A DNA stretch of 64,000 nucleotides from NCBI RefSeq assembly GCF_009914755.1, contig NC_060928.1. The stretch is one strand, 5' to 3'. Shown here piece by piece: positions 12,051-28,997 of this stretch. Position numbers and translations under genes: made by a program. The notes below the pieces were generated by a model. The model was not told the DNA's origin. It did no database searches and saw nothing but the letters and a program-made list of their open reading frames with translations. Source of the DNA: the human T2T-CHM13v2.0 reference genome, Homo sapiens. Each line of letters begins with the position of its first letter. Position 1 is the stretch's first letter.

Positions 12051-14511
12051 CCTTGCTTTTCTCTTCATTGCTGCCTATGAACTTTGAACCATTCTTTGCA
12101 AACCAAACCAAAATCTCCACAGAGAACCCTATAAGTCTGCTAAGAATAAAGAATAATCACGGATATTTTATGGATTTGGGCAAAGAAGGTAACCACTTCT
12201 TCATAAGAGACTTTCCACATCTTGACTTAGAGTCTCTGTTTTATCCCTAAGTGAGAGGGAAACATCCCAGATTCAGACTCCAGAAGGATCACAGAAGTCC
12301 TGTCAGGGGCTCAGCTATTTGCAAGTCCAACAACGTGAGGCCCAGAGGCTGGGAGTGTTTGGCAAATGTGATGTCTTAATGGGCCAAAGCTGTTTGGTGG
12401 GATTTGTAACTAAAAAGAGATTTCAGCCCATCTGACTGAATGTTAATGGATTGGTCTGAGGCAGATTTTTAAAAATATACTGTTTTATCTACTCATAACA
12501 GAGTTAACAGGTTTTGATGACTCTGGCCTTTTCTTTTTGCTCTGTGTATGTTGCCAGGCCAAATAACCTAGCTGTGTTGGAAACGAGTTTCAAATTACTT
12601 GCAGGTGGCTGGAGGCAGATGAAAGCTGCCATAGAGGTGTTCCTCATTCTATTCTCTAGTCCCCAGACTATCGGGCCATGTGCTGACACTTGGATGCTTG
12701 TTTTACAATATCATTTGACAAGTGGGATTTATGTGTCAAAATTTCAGTAGAAGCCAAGAAAATGTCAGAGTAAGCAAAGAGAGGCAGCATGAGAAAAGGG
12801 GGAGGGGGCTGCTTTTTAAACCCAGGAGTGTGTGAGTTAAACTGTGCCAAATCCCTACTCTGTATGAAACACACAGGGAGATTAACCTGGCTGCCAAAAA
12901 CCCGAGATTTCTTTGGAGTGTTTTTGTGCAGTGCTGTTACTGCCTTTATCATTAAGGAAACAATGTAATAAAAATGAGACCTTTTCCCTGAATGCATTAA
13001 TAAAGATAACTTATTGGTCCCGGTCCCAAACCACTGGAGCCACATTTAATTTGCTGCGTTTATTGTTCTGGGCTCTGGTATACAGAGGTGCTCAGGAGCA
13101 CAGCAACATCACTGGAAGCACTGATAGAAAGGACAAAAGGAAAGGTTCCTGTTCTTACTTAGAATTTCCAAAATGCCCTAGTTACTAAATATTCATCAAT
13201 CCTCCTAAATTTGTTTGAACTTTCCCCAAAGTTTTTATCTTATGGTTATTTTAAAAGGATTAAACACCTATACATATACACAAGTCCCCAAACCTTACCT
13301 GAAACTGTTAGAGTGTCCTATTAATTCCCACTTAAAATAACTTTTCCCCTATTCTTTTTTTTTGGTGTAGGGGAAGGAGAGGTGGCAAGAGATTGAATGT
13401 TTAAGTTTCTCTAAGCCGTGTGCTGTTGCTCACCATATTAAGAGCATGTGTGCATTACTTCATAAACTATCAGATGACATGCAACTTTATTTATACTCAG
13501 TAAAAAAGAATAATGAGTTACGTAAAGTTATTTCTGACACCGGGCAAAATAACTCTGCAAAAAGGCACCATTCATGGGGGTCAGCCCAGCCTGGCTCAGG
13601 GGCCATCATCCACTAGCTCCAAACAAATTTAAGAAAGAATTACAGCTGTGGACACCATGTCACATGCCAAGGGTAATATGTACAAGTCATGATCAAGCAT
13701 AATAACGAAAGCCCTTATGCCCTCTATTCTATTCCTCTCTGCAGATTAAGGGCCTCCAGGGTCAGGACCAACTGCCTAGGGAAGGCTTAGGAAGTCTGAG
13801 TTTGTGTATTCTCCAAATTTATGAAAGACAACATCACAGTGGCCATCAGTCTGGGGTTTGAAAATATCTAAACTGAAAAAGCTGAGATTTAGCCAAAGTA
13901 TGAAGTACAATGGATCTCCTTATAATCTTTTTTGTTTGTTTGTTTATTTTGTTTTTTGCTTAATGACAACCTAGATATAAGTCAAGAGGTAATTAAGTGA
14001 ACACTTAAGTTTAGCTGATAAGGAGGGGCAAATACTGAGGTTCCTTTGTGGGATGTCATACCTTTGTATTTTTCTCAACCATCCTAAGAGAAACATAGAG
14101 TGTGTTTCTGCCAGGATCCGGGACCATCAGCATGTCAATTCTTCTGATCTGCAAATGTCTAATTTCTCTTAGCAGAAATGGTGTTTACGGGGAAAATATC
14201 ATGTGTACAGCTAGTTGTTGCTTAGTTAAAATGAATTCTGGGAAACATACTTGGGGCTCCTAGGTATCATAAATACCTTATAAAGTAGCCCCAGAGTAGG
14301 CTTGCTAATTTAGAAATTTTGGAAATAAAAAGATTGAGATCTTGGAAAACTCCCACTTCATGTGATATCAGCAGGTTAAGTATGTGCTGTTAACTGCTGA
14401 TAATTGGCATTTCATTACTGATGGAACTACTACAAACTGCCTACTGGGAGGGTGTGTAGAAACACCATGACCAAATCTAGCATGCACCAGTACTTATTTT
14501 TCCCTGAGCTC

Positions 14512-14578
14512 TATTAAGATGATTTATTACTAAATATTAAGATGATTTATTACTATTAAGATGATTTATTACTAAATA
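14512..14578. repeat. Three-copy tandem repeat (23/19/23 bp)
   Basis: tattaagatgatttattac(taaa) x3, identical cores. Confidence 0.9.
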
Positions 14579-14617
14579 AAGGCACTAATTTCATGGGCTC
14601 ATATGAACTTAAATTCA

Positions 14618-14674
14618 CGTGTGTATGTGTCTCTCTGTGTGTGTATTTCTTTCTCTGTGTGTGTGTGTGTGTGT
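14618..14674. repeat. (TG)n/(CT)n microsatellite
   Basis: Interrupted tgtgtg and tctctc runs. Confidence 0.75.
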
Positions 14675-15206
14675 AACTAGAGAAAATTAAGCAAAGACAT
14701 TTGATTAGCAAGTACAAAGAGGGAAAGAGGGAAGTTTAGTTTCTCCCAGTAAAATGATTATTTTTAAAGTTTCTGTACAATCAATAGGAAAAGAGGATGC
14801 GGGTGAAAGGGGAAAGTCACAGGTATTTATATCTAAATAGCTCTGTAGGTTTTAGAGAAGGTTAAAGAAGGTAAGGGTGGTGATGTGTTTATTGGAGGTG
14901 GGAAGGTGGAAGTTGGAGGAGTGTACATCAATGGGCCCTTTTTTGTTTAGTGTCCTGGGAAATGTGGCCATTTCTGAAAGTCACGTGAGTCAAATGGAAG
15001 AGATAATTTGAGAGCTCTGATATTGCTGGTATACAGGAAATAAGAAATAGGATGAGAATAAAAATATTGAGCTGTAATGAAGGCCCATGTGAGAGTGGAA
15101 ATGACAAATGTACACTAGTGGCTAATTGTTACAATGTTGTCATTTTATTCAACTGAGCTCAACATGTCAGGAGCAGAAAAAATGAATGTGATAGGATTAA
15201 GTAAGG

Positions 15207-15707
15207 TGTATTAGTCTGTTCTCTCATTGCTATAAAGAAATACCCGAGACTGAGTAATTTGTAAAGAAACAAGGTTTAATTGGCTCACAATTCTGCAACT
15301 GTACAGGAAACATGATTCTGGCATTTGCTTGGCTTCTGGGGAGACCTCAGGAAACTTACAATCATGGTGGAAGGTGAAGGAGAGGCAAGCCTGTCTTACG
15401 TGGCAGAAACAGGAGGAAGAGAAAGCGGGAAATTCCTGGTTTCCCAGAAAGTCTCTGGCTCTAAATCATATTCAGTTTCAGCAGAATAGTTGTGTCTAAC
15501 CTTTCCCACGCTGCTGCTACACACTTTTAAACAACCAGATCTCTTGAGAACTCACTCACCATACAGTACCAAGGGGAGCTGGTGCTAAGCCATTCATGAG
15601 AACTCCACCACCATGATCAAATCCCCTCCCGTGAGGCTCCTCCACCAGGGCTGAGAATTACAATTCAACATGAGATTTGGGTGGGAACAGAGATACAAAC
15701 CACATCA
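15207..15707 (-). mobile_element. MSTB-type MaLR solo LTR carrying an 82-bp foreign insert
   Basis: tgtattagtc...aaaccacatca termini; MSTB-like ggcatttgcttggcttctgggg and ggtgctaagccattcatgag; TSD taagg/gaagg. Confidence 0.85.
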
Positions 15708-15952
15708 GAAGGATTTGCTGGACCCAACACCCAGGAATCAGGAAGGTGGGAGACAAAGATGTTGCAAAGACATGGCTGAAATTATTGACTGTATGGTCCA
15801 AGCTGGGTGAGAAAATTGAAACCAAGAGGAATTTGAGAGGGTATAGGGAGGCATGATGAGAGTGGAAATGTCACAGTACAGACATAGTTAGAGTGTGAGA
15901 AGTGGAAGAATTAGAAGTAGAGATTGGAGAGTGAAATTTTGCTAAGAGAATA

Positions 15953-16317
15953 TGCTAGGGTCTGAATGTTTGTGTCCCCTCAAAATTCGTGTGCTGAAAA
16001 CCTAATCATCAAGGTGATGATATTAGAGGATGGGGTTCTTGGGAGGTGATTAGATCACGAGGGTGGGGCCTTCATGAATGGGGTTAGTGTCCTGACGAAA
16101 GAGGCCCCAGAGAGTTCCCTTGCTCCCTTTCACCATGTGAGGACACAGCTAAAAGGCATGACCTATGAGGCAAAAAGCAGGCCAATGGCAAACACGGAAA
16201 CTGCTGGCACCTTAATCTTGGACATTATAGCCTCCAGAACTGTAAGAAATATTTCTCTTATTTACAACCTACCCAGTGTATAGTATTTTGTCATAGCAGT
16301 CTGAACTGACTTTGACA
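15953..16317 (+). mobile_element. MLT1A-type MaLR solo LTR
   Basis: tg...tctgaatgtttgtgtcccc...gaggccccagagag...agcctccagaactgtaagaaata...gaca. Confidence 0.85.
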
Positions 16318-16669
16318 GACAATTCCTGGTAGTGGCTGGTATCTGGACTGTGGCCCTGGGAGTGGACTGATGTGTAAGAATGAAGGCAAAGTTCGATGAT
16401 CTGTGAGGCTGGGAAGATACCCAAATCAACACATACATCGCCTCATGTAGGATACATTAAGACTCTGGTTGAAGAGAAAGTCTACATCAATTTAGACCAC
16501 TTGGCCTCTGAAAAGATGTTGCCCTTGTTGATTTTCTGTGTATATATATATATTGCTGAGTCTTTGGTTGATAATGCTTTTTTTTTTTTAATTCTCAAGA
16601 GTCAAAAAGTCCCCACAGAGAAGACCCACTTGCTAATCCTGAGCAGACCATGCAATGGAAGCATCTTGA

Positions 16670-16850
16670 GGCAGAGTGGTGAAGCTGAAAGCCCTGGACT
16701 AGGAACTGGAGCTGTAGAGTCCTGCTGTGGTTCTGCTGTTGACTTACTTGTTTAAATCAGAGATGAAATAACAACCTCTCTGGGCCTCTTATCTGTGAAA
16801 TGAGAGGTTTGGCTAATGTGGTTTCCCAGGAATTTTCTGGCTCTAAGTTA
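16670..16850 (+). mobile_element. MIR/MIR3 fragment
   Basis: gccctggactagga...aacctctctgggcctc...atctgtgaaatgagaggtttgg. Confidence 0.55.
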
Positions 16851-17323
16851 CATTCAATTTCAGCAGAATATTTGTTTCTAACCTTTCCCATGCTGCTGCT
16901 GAGTTGGCCTAATTGCTAGCCCTCCACTGATTTCATTCTGCCCCACCCCACCCTCAGATGACTCCTTCTTTCCACTTAGAGATAACAGCACCAATTAACT
17001 CAGGATAATTTCCCTCACTGCCAAAACTATTTCCAAAATGCAAACTTGTGGCTGCTGATTCATGCTGCTAGAGAAGCACTGTTTCTTTCTGACTGGCTTC
17101 ACGTGTGTTGCCACTACAGGAAGAGACCAAGTCACTGGTAAAAAGCTAGGGTAACCAGGAGAAATGGCCCCTTCAGATGACACTGTGAGAGTCAACAAGG
17201 TAAGAAAGAGGAAGCTTTAAAATCACCACCATCATCATTTTTGAAATGTGGAAAGTTAGTTATGCATGGTGCTTGCCCTTGGGTACCTTAAAATTGAAAA
17301 CATATAAGCAAAACACCATATAT

Positions 17324-17665
17324 GGCCTGGCACAGTGACTCATGCCTATAAATCCCAGCACTTTGGAAGGTGGAGGTGGGTGGATGGCTTGAGCCCAGGA
17401 GTTTCAGATCAGCTTGTGCAATATGGTGAAAGCCTGTATCTGCCAAAAAAAAAAAAAAAAAGAAAAGAAATACACAAAAATTAGCTGGGTGCAGTAGTGC
17501 ATACCTGTAGTCCCAGCTACTCAGAAGGCTGAGGCAAGAAGAACGCTTGAGCCCAGGAGTTTGAGGATGCAGTGAGCCATGATTGCACCACTGCACTCCA
17601 GCCTAGGTGGCAGATCAAGACCCTGTCTCAAAAGAAAAAAAAAATATCAAAAACCAACAAAAACC
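17324..17665 (+). mobile_element. AluJ
   Basis: gcttgagcccaggagttt in both arms, gtgagccatgattgcacc; flanking accatata repeat. Confidence 0.92.
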
Positions 17666-17819
17666 AAAAACCATATAAACATCATCTTGTAAAGTAAATA
17701 AATATATAAGTGATTTAGGAGTCAACACATATTACTCAAGAGCACCCTATTGAGGCCCCAAGTCTCATTGACAAGATCTAATTGGAGTTTATATCTGTAA
17801 GGCCAACACTATGAGAATG

Positions 17820-18300
17820 AATGGGGTGATGAGCAGAAAAATAGTAGGGCTGGGGAGGGGACACAAAGAGAGACATTCTCAGCACAATGCCCAAAGGAGC
17901 TCCTTCTTTTACATGGCTAGATGACAAGAGGAAGTGATGAAGTCATAAAAGGAGTCAATGAGAGAGAAAGAAATGGGTGAGCGAAGTTCCTCAGTATCAA
18001 ATAAAATGTAGTTCAAAGGAGGAGAGGCTGGTGTGAAGAGGAAAATGACAAAGGTGAGTCAAAAAAGCTAGGCCTGGAATAGGTTTTTGGAATTATCCAT
18101 TATGAGGTCATTGACAACTTTGTCATAGGAGTTTCTGTGGAATTACAGGGCAGGATCCAGACAACATTAATTTACATAGCAAATGTTTGGAATGAAAGTG
18201 ATGTTTCTAAGTCGAGACTATTCTTTCAGAAAAATTAACAGCAAAGTTTGGTACTCAAGGGGATAATAAAAACAAGGGAAAAATTTTGAGGAGGAATAAA
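17820..18300. mobile_element. Degenerate L2 fragment
   Basis: gaggtcattgacaactttg...gtttctgtggaat...gggcaggatccagac, typical L2 text. Approximate. Confidence 0.45.
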
Positions 18301-19349
18301 CCTTGGCCTGAGGTTAAAACAAAAAGGAAGAATTGATTGGAAGCAGGGCATTAACAACACATAGAAGAAGAATGGCACAATGGATGAAGCAGAAACCAGA
18401 GAAAGGAGACGAGCTCACAATCCTGGGTGAAGGAATGAGGGGAAAGGAGGGTAAAGAGATTCTGAGTTTTCAAAAATAAAGGATATCAGCAGAGAGGCAG
18501 ATATAAAGCTGGCCAGTAACTTTTATGTGGAGAGTTTCTTGAAGATTTCAAGCATAGGAAGAGGGGAGAAGAGCAGAGTGCTATGATCCAAGATCTAGGC
18601 TTAGAAAGTTCCAGAAAAAGAAGAATTAGAACAAGTAATTGGCTTATCTCCAAATATGCCCAAAGATGGGACCGAAGACATTGCCTCACCTGCATAACAG
18701 GGAACAATTTACTATAAAACTAGAAATGATTGGAGCAAAGGTTGATTCTCTCACCTCTTATTACTGTTGTCTCCATTTCTATTACTAACATGGAGGGGCA
18801 GGAAAAAAAAAAACAAAGAAAAATCATTGCTGATCCTAGTAAGGACTTCTGCACATATGTGACCAACTGCTCTGTAGAGTGTATATTTGACAACCCAGAG
18901 TTCTGCTGGTGTGGCATACAACCATTAAATTACCTAAAACTTCTTGTTAGCTAAAAAATAGTTTCTACTTATATCATTTGTAAGTATCCTCAGTATACTC
19001 TAATTTTTTGCTGACTGGAGACCTATTTTGGGAAATATATACAGGTCCACAGCTCCTTATCAAAACAGCACCTAAGTAAGGCTCAGCCTCTTCTACTGAG
19101 TTTCACACACTATAGTAGTGGTCAATAAGCTTTATTCTCAGATATACATTCAAAGGTTTTAAAGAAAAAATACATACTTTTTCATAAATTTTTAAGTTAA
19201 CATCTAAAATTTTTCATTAACACTATAAATGATTACAAAGGATATCATTTTCCTGTGTGTTATAAATGAATGACATTGAAAAATAGAACCATTACTTCAT
19301 TTTTTGAAAAGTACTAATGACATCAAAATACCATAGTGATCATTTAAAA

Positions 19350-20640
19350 ACAAATTTTTGATTGACATATAACATTTAAAAATGTACCAAATTATGAGTG
19401 TACATCCCACTGGTTCCACAGAGTTAAGACACTCATGTAACCAGCAAACAGACAAACAGTTTAAGAAGTTCTTCTTCGCTCCTTCTAAGACAGTCCTTTG
19501 CCACAAAGGTAACCATTATTGGGACTTTAGTATCACAGATTAGTTTCCTGTTTTTAAACTCTATGTAAATGGGATTATATAGTAGTTATGCTTTTGAATA
19601 TGGCTTCTTTTGCTCAGTATTAAGTTTATGGAATTTATTGTTGGGAGTAGAAATACGTCATTCTCCTTGCTGTGTTGTAGTCCTTAGTAGGAATATACTG
19701 CAATTTATTTATTACATTTTTAGTGTACATTTGAATTATTTTCAATTTGAGGCTATTATGGGCAGTGCTGCTGTACATATTTTTATTCATGCTTTTTTGT
19801 GATGTATGTAAACATTTATGTTAGTTGTATGTCTAACAGTGAAACTGTTGGAAGATTGGGTCATGCATATATTCAGCTTTTTTTATATATTGTCATATAT
19901 TCAGACATTTTTCAGGGTATTTGTACCAAATTATCTTTTTATTAGAAGTATGTGAGAGTTTTAGCTGCTCTGCATCATTTGATAGTCTCTGTTTATTTTT
20001 CCTTTTACCTATTCTAGTGAGTATAAAATTTGAGCACTTTTCAAATTTTTTTGGTTCTTTGGATATCCTTTTTTTGTAAGTCTCTTTCCATTTTTCTATT
20101 GGGTTATTCTTTTTCTTATTGATCTGTTGGTACTCTCTGTATAGTCTCTATATAAGCTCTTTGATGTACATATTGCAAATATCCTATTTCATTCTTTGGC
20201 TTTCAATTTTACTAGTGGTGTCTTTTATATGCAAGTTATTAATTTTAATGTGTACCAATTTTTAACTATTTTCCTGTATGGTTAGTACCTTTTATATCCT
20301 GTATAAGAAATTTCTGCCAACTCAAGATTATGAAAATGTTCTTGCAAGTACTCCTCTAGAGGTTATATTATTTCAGCATTCACATAAATATAAATATAAT
20401 CTCAATATGATATAATATAAAATTACTACTGTATTACATAATTAATTAGGTAAAAATCAATTTGAATTGACTTTTGTGTACTGTGTGAGGCAGAAGTAAA
20501 AGTAATTCTCCCCTGCTTCATAGCCAATTGACCCAAGAATATTTACTAAAATGGCATATATTTCCACAACACTGCAAGGCCATCTTTGTTATAAATTAGG
20601 CAACCTTATATTTGTGGTTATGTTTCTATTTGGCTATCTT
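19350..20640 (-). mobile_element. Ancient L1M 3' portion
   Basis: 3'UTR-like ttgacatataacattt...aaggtaaccattatt followed by antisense ORF2 text (ggctattatgggcagtgctgct; tattgcaaatatc). Confidence 0.7.
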
Positions 20641-20997
20641 CACCATGAGAATTTGATTTGGTCCCTGGCAGTAAAACCCACAAAACTGAGTCCCCAGAAG
20701 TTCACCCACTCTTAAGCTAGTCCACAGGCATACTGTAGCAGTTCCTCAACAATTAAGTGTTCCTACAGTTTATGGCTCCAAGTGGCTTCTGCTTAAGGTG
20801 AGCTGATCTCAACTGTGATTCTCTGTATTCACTTATCTCTTCAAATTTCACAGTAGCAGTTTGTCTTGCAACCTCAGTTTTTTGATGGATCTAAGAAAAG
20901 TCATTTATTTTCAGTTTGTTTAGTGTTTTTTTGTAGTTGTTGCAAGGATGGAAGCGACAACTTCTAGGCTCTTGTTGAAAGTGAAACAAGAAGTCAT
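20640..20997 (-). mobile_element. L1M (L1MC/MD-type) 5' end fragment
   Basis: gatggatctaagaaaagtc...ttttcagtttgttt...aaggatggaagcgacaacttctaggctctt...agaagtc. Confidence 0.65.
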
Positions 20998-21062
20998 CCT
21001 ATCTTTTTAATGTCTAAAAAAATCAGTGGTAATATCCCATTTTTTACTCATGATATTGGTAA

Positions 21063-21553
<491 letters not shown>

Positions 21554-21647
21554 TTTTTTTTTCTTGACAGTTCTTGTCAGAAGTTTATTAATTTTATTAA
21601 TCTTATGAAATAAGTACTTTTGTTGACTCTATTATATATGTATTTTC

Positions 21648-24376
<2,729 letters not shown>

Positions 24377-24384
24377 GTATTTTC

Positions 24385-27300
24385 AATATTATTAATTTCT
24401 ACTTTAAAAAATTATTTTTGCCTTCCTAGTAATTTTTGTGGGTTTAACTTGTCCTTTCTCTAACCTTACATAATAATTACATCATAGACTTTCATTCTTT
24501 TTTGTTTTCTAATATATGTATTTAAATATATAATTTCTCTCTTAGCATTGTTATGTGTATCCTACAACTTCATATACATAATGTTTTTATTCCATTTAAA
24601 AAATAATGCCATATTTTTGTTATCATTAATTTCAAAATATCTTCTGATTTCATTGTGATTTTCTCATTTGGATTATTTAGAATTGGATGCTTAATTTACA
24701 AAAAGAAAATCTTAGTATTTGGATAATTACTTTATGTTACTAATGACTAGCTTAATTTCAGATAATATATTCTGAATGAGTTTAATCCTTTTAAATGCAT
24801 TGAGGTTTATTTTATAGCCAAATATAGTTGATATGGGTAAATATTTTAAATGTACTTGAAAGGAATGTGAATTCTTTTTTAATAAGTACGTTGTTCTATA
24901 TATGTCAGTTAAGTTTGTTAATTGTGTTGTTCAGATTTATGTCATTAATTTGTTGTTGATTGATTTGCAAATGGTGAGAGATGGATGTTAGTCATCCACT
25001 TCTATTTCTCCACCTAGTTCTTTCAACTTTTGCTTTTTGTATTTTGAGGCTATGTTATTCATTGTATACAGATATAGAATTTTTATATCTTATAAACTAT
25101 CTCTATTTTTAGTAATGTTTCTTGCCTTTTTATTTAAAGGCTACTATGATATAAGTATAGCTACACCAGCTTTCCTTTGTTTATTATTACCATGTTATCT
25201 TTTCCATTCTTTTACTAACAACTTTTCTGTGGCCTTATTCCTAATACATGGCTTTTAGAAGAAGAATCTGTTTTCTAAAAAATCTAGCCTGAGAATTTTT
25301 GTCTTTTATTTTGAGTATTTAGTTTCTTATATTTAATGCGATTTTTATACACTTCAGTTTTTACTTTCTATGTTCCCTTTCTCTCTTTTCTAGCCTTTGG
25401 TTGTATTAATCAAATATTTTTATTGTTCCATTTTTTGCTTTATTATATTGGTAATTGTACATTTATATTGTTCTTTGGTGATTATCCTAGAGATTATCGC
25501 ATATATCTTGAATTCTTTGTAGTCTTAATATAAATTAGTATATTTATCCATTCCCAGATAGGACCTTGGAGCACTTTTACTCTATTTACTTTCCGCCTTT
25601 TATGTTACTTTCCCAGGGATTTTAACTCTACATATACTTTTGATACCACAACTCATTATTATTATTGTTCCATATAGTCAATTTTTTTTTTGTATTTATC
25701 AATCTGTTTGGTTTTGACTCCTTCTGACATTGTATTCTTTTCCTTTGCTTGGGGAGGAGGGGATATTATATTATTTTTCCTTTTGCTGTAAAAATTCTCA
25801 GCATTTCTTTCAGTAAACATCTGCTAGTGAGGAATTATCTATTTTTGAAGGGCTAAAAAATCCTCATTTTGCCTTGTTTTTATAACAGATATTGTTACCA
25901 GGTATAGATTTCTATGATGACAGTTGTTTTCTTCCCATACTATAAAGGTGTTTTTTCTGTTGCCCTCTGTAGACAAGTCAGCTGTCCATCTTATTGTAGC
26001 TCATTTAAAGATAATGCCTTTTTTCTTTGGCTTGCTTTTAAATTTTTATCTTTTGTCTTTGGTTTTAACAGTTTTTTCCTCTAATATGCCTAGATGTCAT
26101 TTTCTTTGTATTAACTCTACTTTAGTTTGTAGCACTTTTCATTCTGGAGGAAGGATTTTCATCCTGGAGGTGTGTTTACATCTGTAGACGAATTTCATTA
26201 TGCCCCAGATATCTCTTTTTTTCTCTTTCTCTCTAGAATATCTATTATTCTGTCTTTTAGTTCACTAACTTTTTTTTTTGCATATCCAATCTGCTGTCAA
26301 AATCTTCTATTGAGTTCCTTATTTAAAATATTAAATGTTTCACTTTCATAATTTCCATTTGATGTTTCAAAATATTTAGTTTCCAGCTGAAATTCTTCAC
26401 TTTAATAACTATTTTCTTGAACATGTCCATCACATACATTTTAAAGTCTGTTTCAATAAACGGGCCATCTATAATTCTTTTATTTGCTTTTTGGTTTCAT
26501 TTCTTGATATGCTTGCCAATCTTTTAAAATAAACTACTTTTTAGAGAACTTTTAGGGTTACAGCAAAATTGAAAAGAAAGAACAGTGAGTTACCATCTTC
26601 CGCTTGCCCACACACACACTTGCACAGTGTCCCCCATTGTTAACATCCTACCCCAGTGTTGTACATTTGTTACAATCATTGAATCTACATTAACACAACC
26701 TTATCACCCAAAGTCCATGGTTTTCATTAGAGTTCATTCTTGTTGTTGTTTATTCTGTGGGTTTGACAAACATATAATGACTTTTATCCACCTCTATACT
26801 ATTAGACAGAATAGTCTCACTACTATAAAAATCCTCTGTGCTCCATTTATTTGTTCCTCCCTCCATCCTTACCTCTGGCAGTCACCATCTGATCTATTTA
26901 TTGTCTCCATAGCTTTGCCAGCCTGCTTAGCAATTTTTGAGTGAATGGAAGAATTTTTGAGTGAATGTAAGAGGAAGTACAGAGGCTATGGATGATGTTG
27001 CCTTCTTCTGGAGGGGCATCATTTTTATTTTTTGATAGGCAGCCAGGGTGACACAGATTATTTCAATCCAATCAATGACTAAACTGACTTGAGGCTGAGT
27101 TTCAGTTTTGTGAGATCTAGTCAATTCTTTTTCTCTTTGCCCTGCAGTGTATAGCATATAGCAGCCTCACCGAGGATTTGGGATGCTTCTTTGGAGGTTT
27201 CTAAATATTTTTCCTTTCAGCTCTCTGAGACAGCTAACATACCACTCTGCTTTTCAGAAACTTTTTGCATAGTTACACAGAATTCTACTCTGGCAAATTC

Positions 27301-27720
27301 CTCTGAGGGAAAAAAACACTAAGTATTGGCCATATTTATTTGTATTTTCTTCTTCCTCGATCTTAGCCCCTCAAGCCCTAGATGTCTTCACTCCCATAAG
27401 TATTATTTTTGTCCCTGCAGCCCATCAGATTGCCTAAAACTCTGCTGGCTTCTATGTCTCCCCTCCATGTTGTTCTACTTTGGTTTTTAGCCTCCTGTCC
27501 AGGACTAGAATCAACAAATGGCTCATGGGGAAATTTGTTTCAGTGAATGTTAGCTCATTCTTCTTCCTTTCCTCTGAGATCATGGCCCATGAAGTCTAGG
27601 TTGCTTTAGTATATCTTTGATACCTCTAAGAGAATTTTTGTTTGTCTTTTATTTAGCTTTTTTAGTTGCTTCATCAGAAACATGGTCTGCTGGAAGCTAC
27701 TCTATCTTAGCACAATGTGA
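24385..27720 (-). mobile_element. Ancient L1M (ORF2 5' half, ORF1 and 5' region), also present at 21000-21070 and 21555-21640
   Basis: Antisense EN-like text (gatataagtatagctacaccagctttc; tgtattttgaggctatgttatt) and ORF1-like text (gacaagtcagctgtc). Approximate. Confidence 0.65.
26522..26920 (-). mobile_element. L1MC1/2-type 3' end nested in the older L1M
   Basis: ttttagagaacttttagggttacagcaaaattga...catttgttacaatc...atcacccaaagtccat...aaaaatcctctgtgctcc. Confidence 0.75.
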
Positions 27721-28009
27721 CAATGATTTGATAAACACCATTATCCTTTTTTTAAAAAAAAGCTCTACAATGCTGGAAATTTTACATTGTTCCTTTTGTT
27801 CTTTGAACTGGTTTATGTCCATATTTTATTCTGCTTCCTCCATAGGAATCCTATGTGATTTAGGATCCTAATGTGGTATAACTTTTTACTAAAATGTCTA
27901 TGCATCACCCTATAATAGTTTTCTGAAACAAAATGGACACATACAATATTTTTAAAACATTTAACATTCTATTATCAATAGTCTCTAATTCGTTAAGTCT
28001 CTAATTCTG

Positions 28010-28178
28010 TATTTCTCAATGTTACATAGTTGAATTACCTAAGAACATTTAAAAATTGCCGATGTAATTTTTGTCCTAACCCTAGAGATTCTAACTTAAT
28101 TGATCTGGGGTGCAGCCTTGGCACTGAGATGTCTTTAAATCTCTTCAAGTAGTTATAATGTGAAGGGAATCACTGCTG
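28010..28178. mobile_element. MER5B-like fragment
   Basis: ccctagagattctaacttaattgatctggggtgcagcc. Confidence 0.6.
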
Positions 28179-28359
28179 TAACTGCTAAAAAAATGTTCTT
28201 CTGGTTTGAGTAACCATTGCAAATGTGTTGGTACACAGTCACAATAAATGAAATACGTTATATATTTGGATAAAAGATAGTTCACAGACTCTTTTTCAAA
28301 TTGTACCTTTGTCACTTTAGAAGTGTTCGTAGGTAAGGGTAATACATAAGTATGGATAA

Positions 28360-28767
<408 letters not shown>

Positions 28768-28997
28768 TGAATAAGGGCATTTGTAAAAGGGATAGTAGGA
28801 AAGAAGTGGCCATAACCAAAGGCATATTCTCAGGCAGATTAATATTAGGAAAGAATACAAATGCAGCTGGAGGATCTGGAACTTGATAGACTTAAAGCTG
28901 TTCTTGCCACATACCCCTAGGAAAATCTTCATGTATCCCCCAAATTAGGTAAGGGGTATATTACTTTGAAAACTCTGTTTTATAATATGTTAGATAA

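Noticed and set aside
14512-14578. CRISPR-like repeat array (also 41128 and 53577 duplications)
   Set aside because: Head-to-tail copies without unique spacers, in primate DNA with no cas genes.
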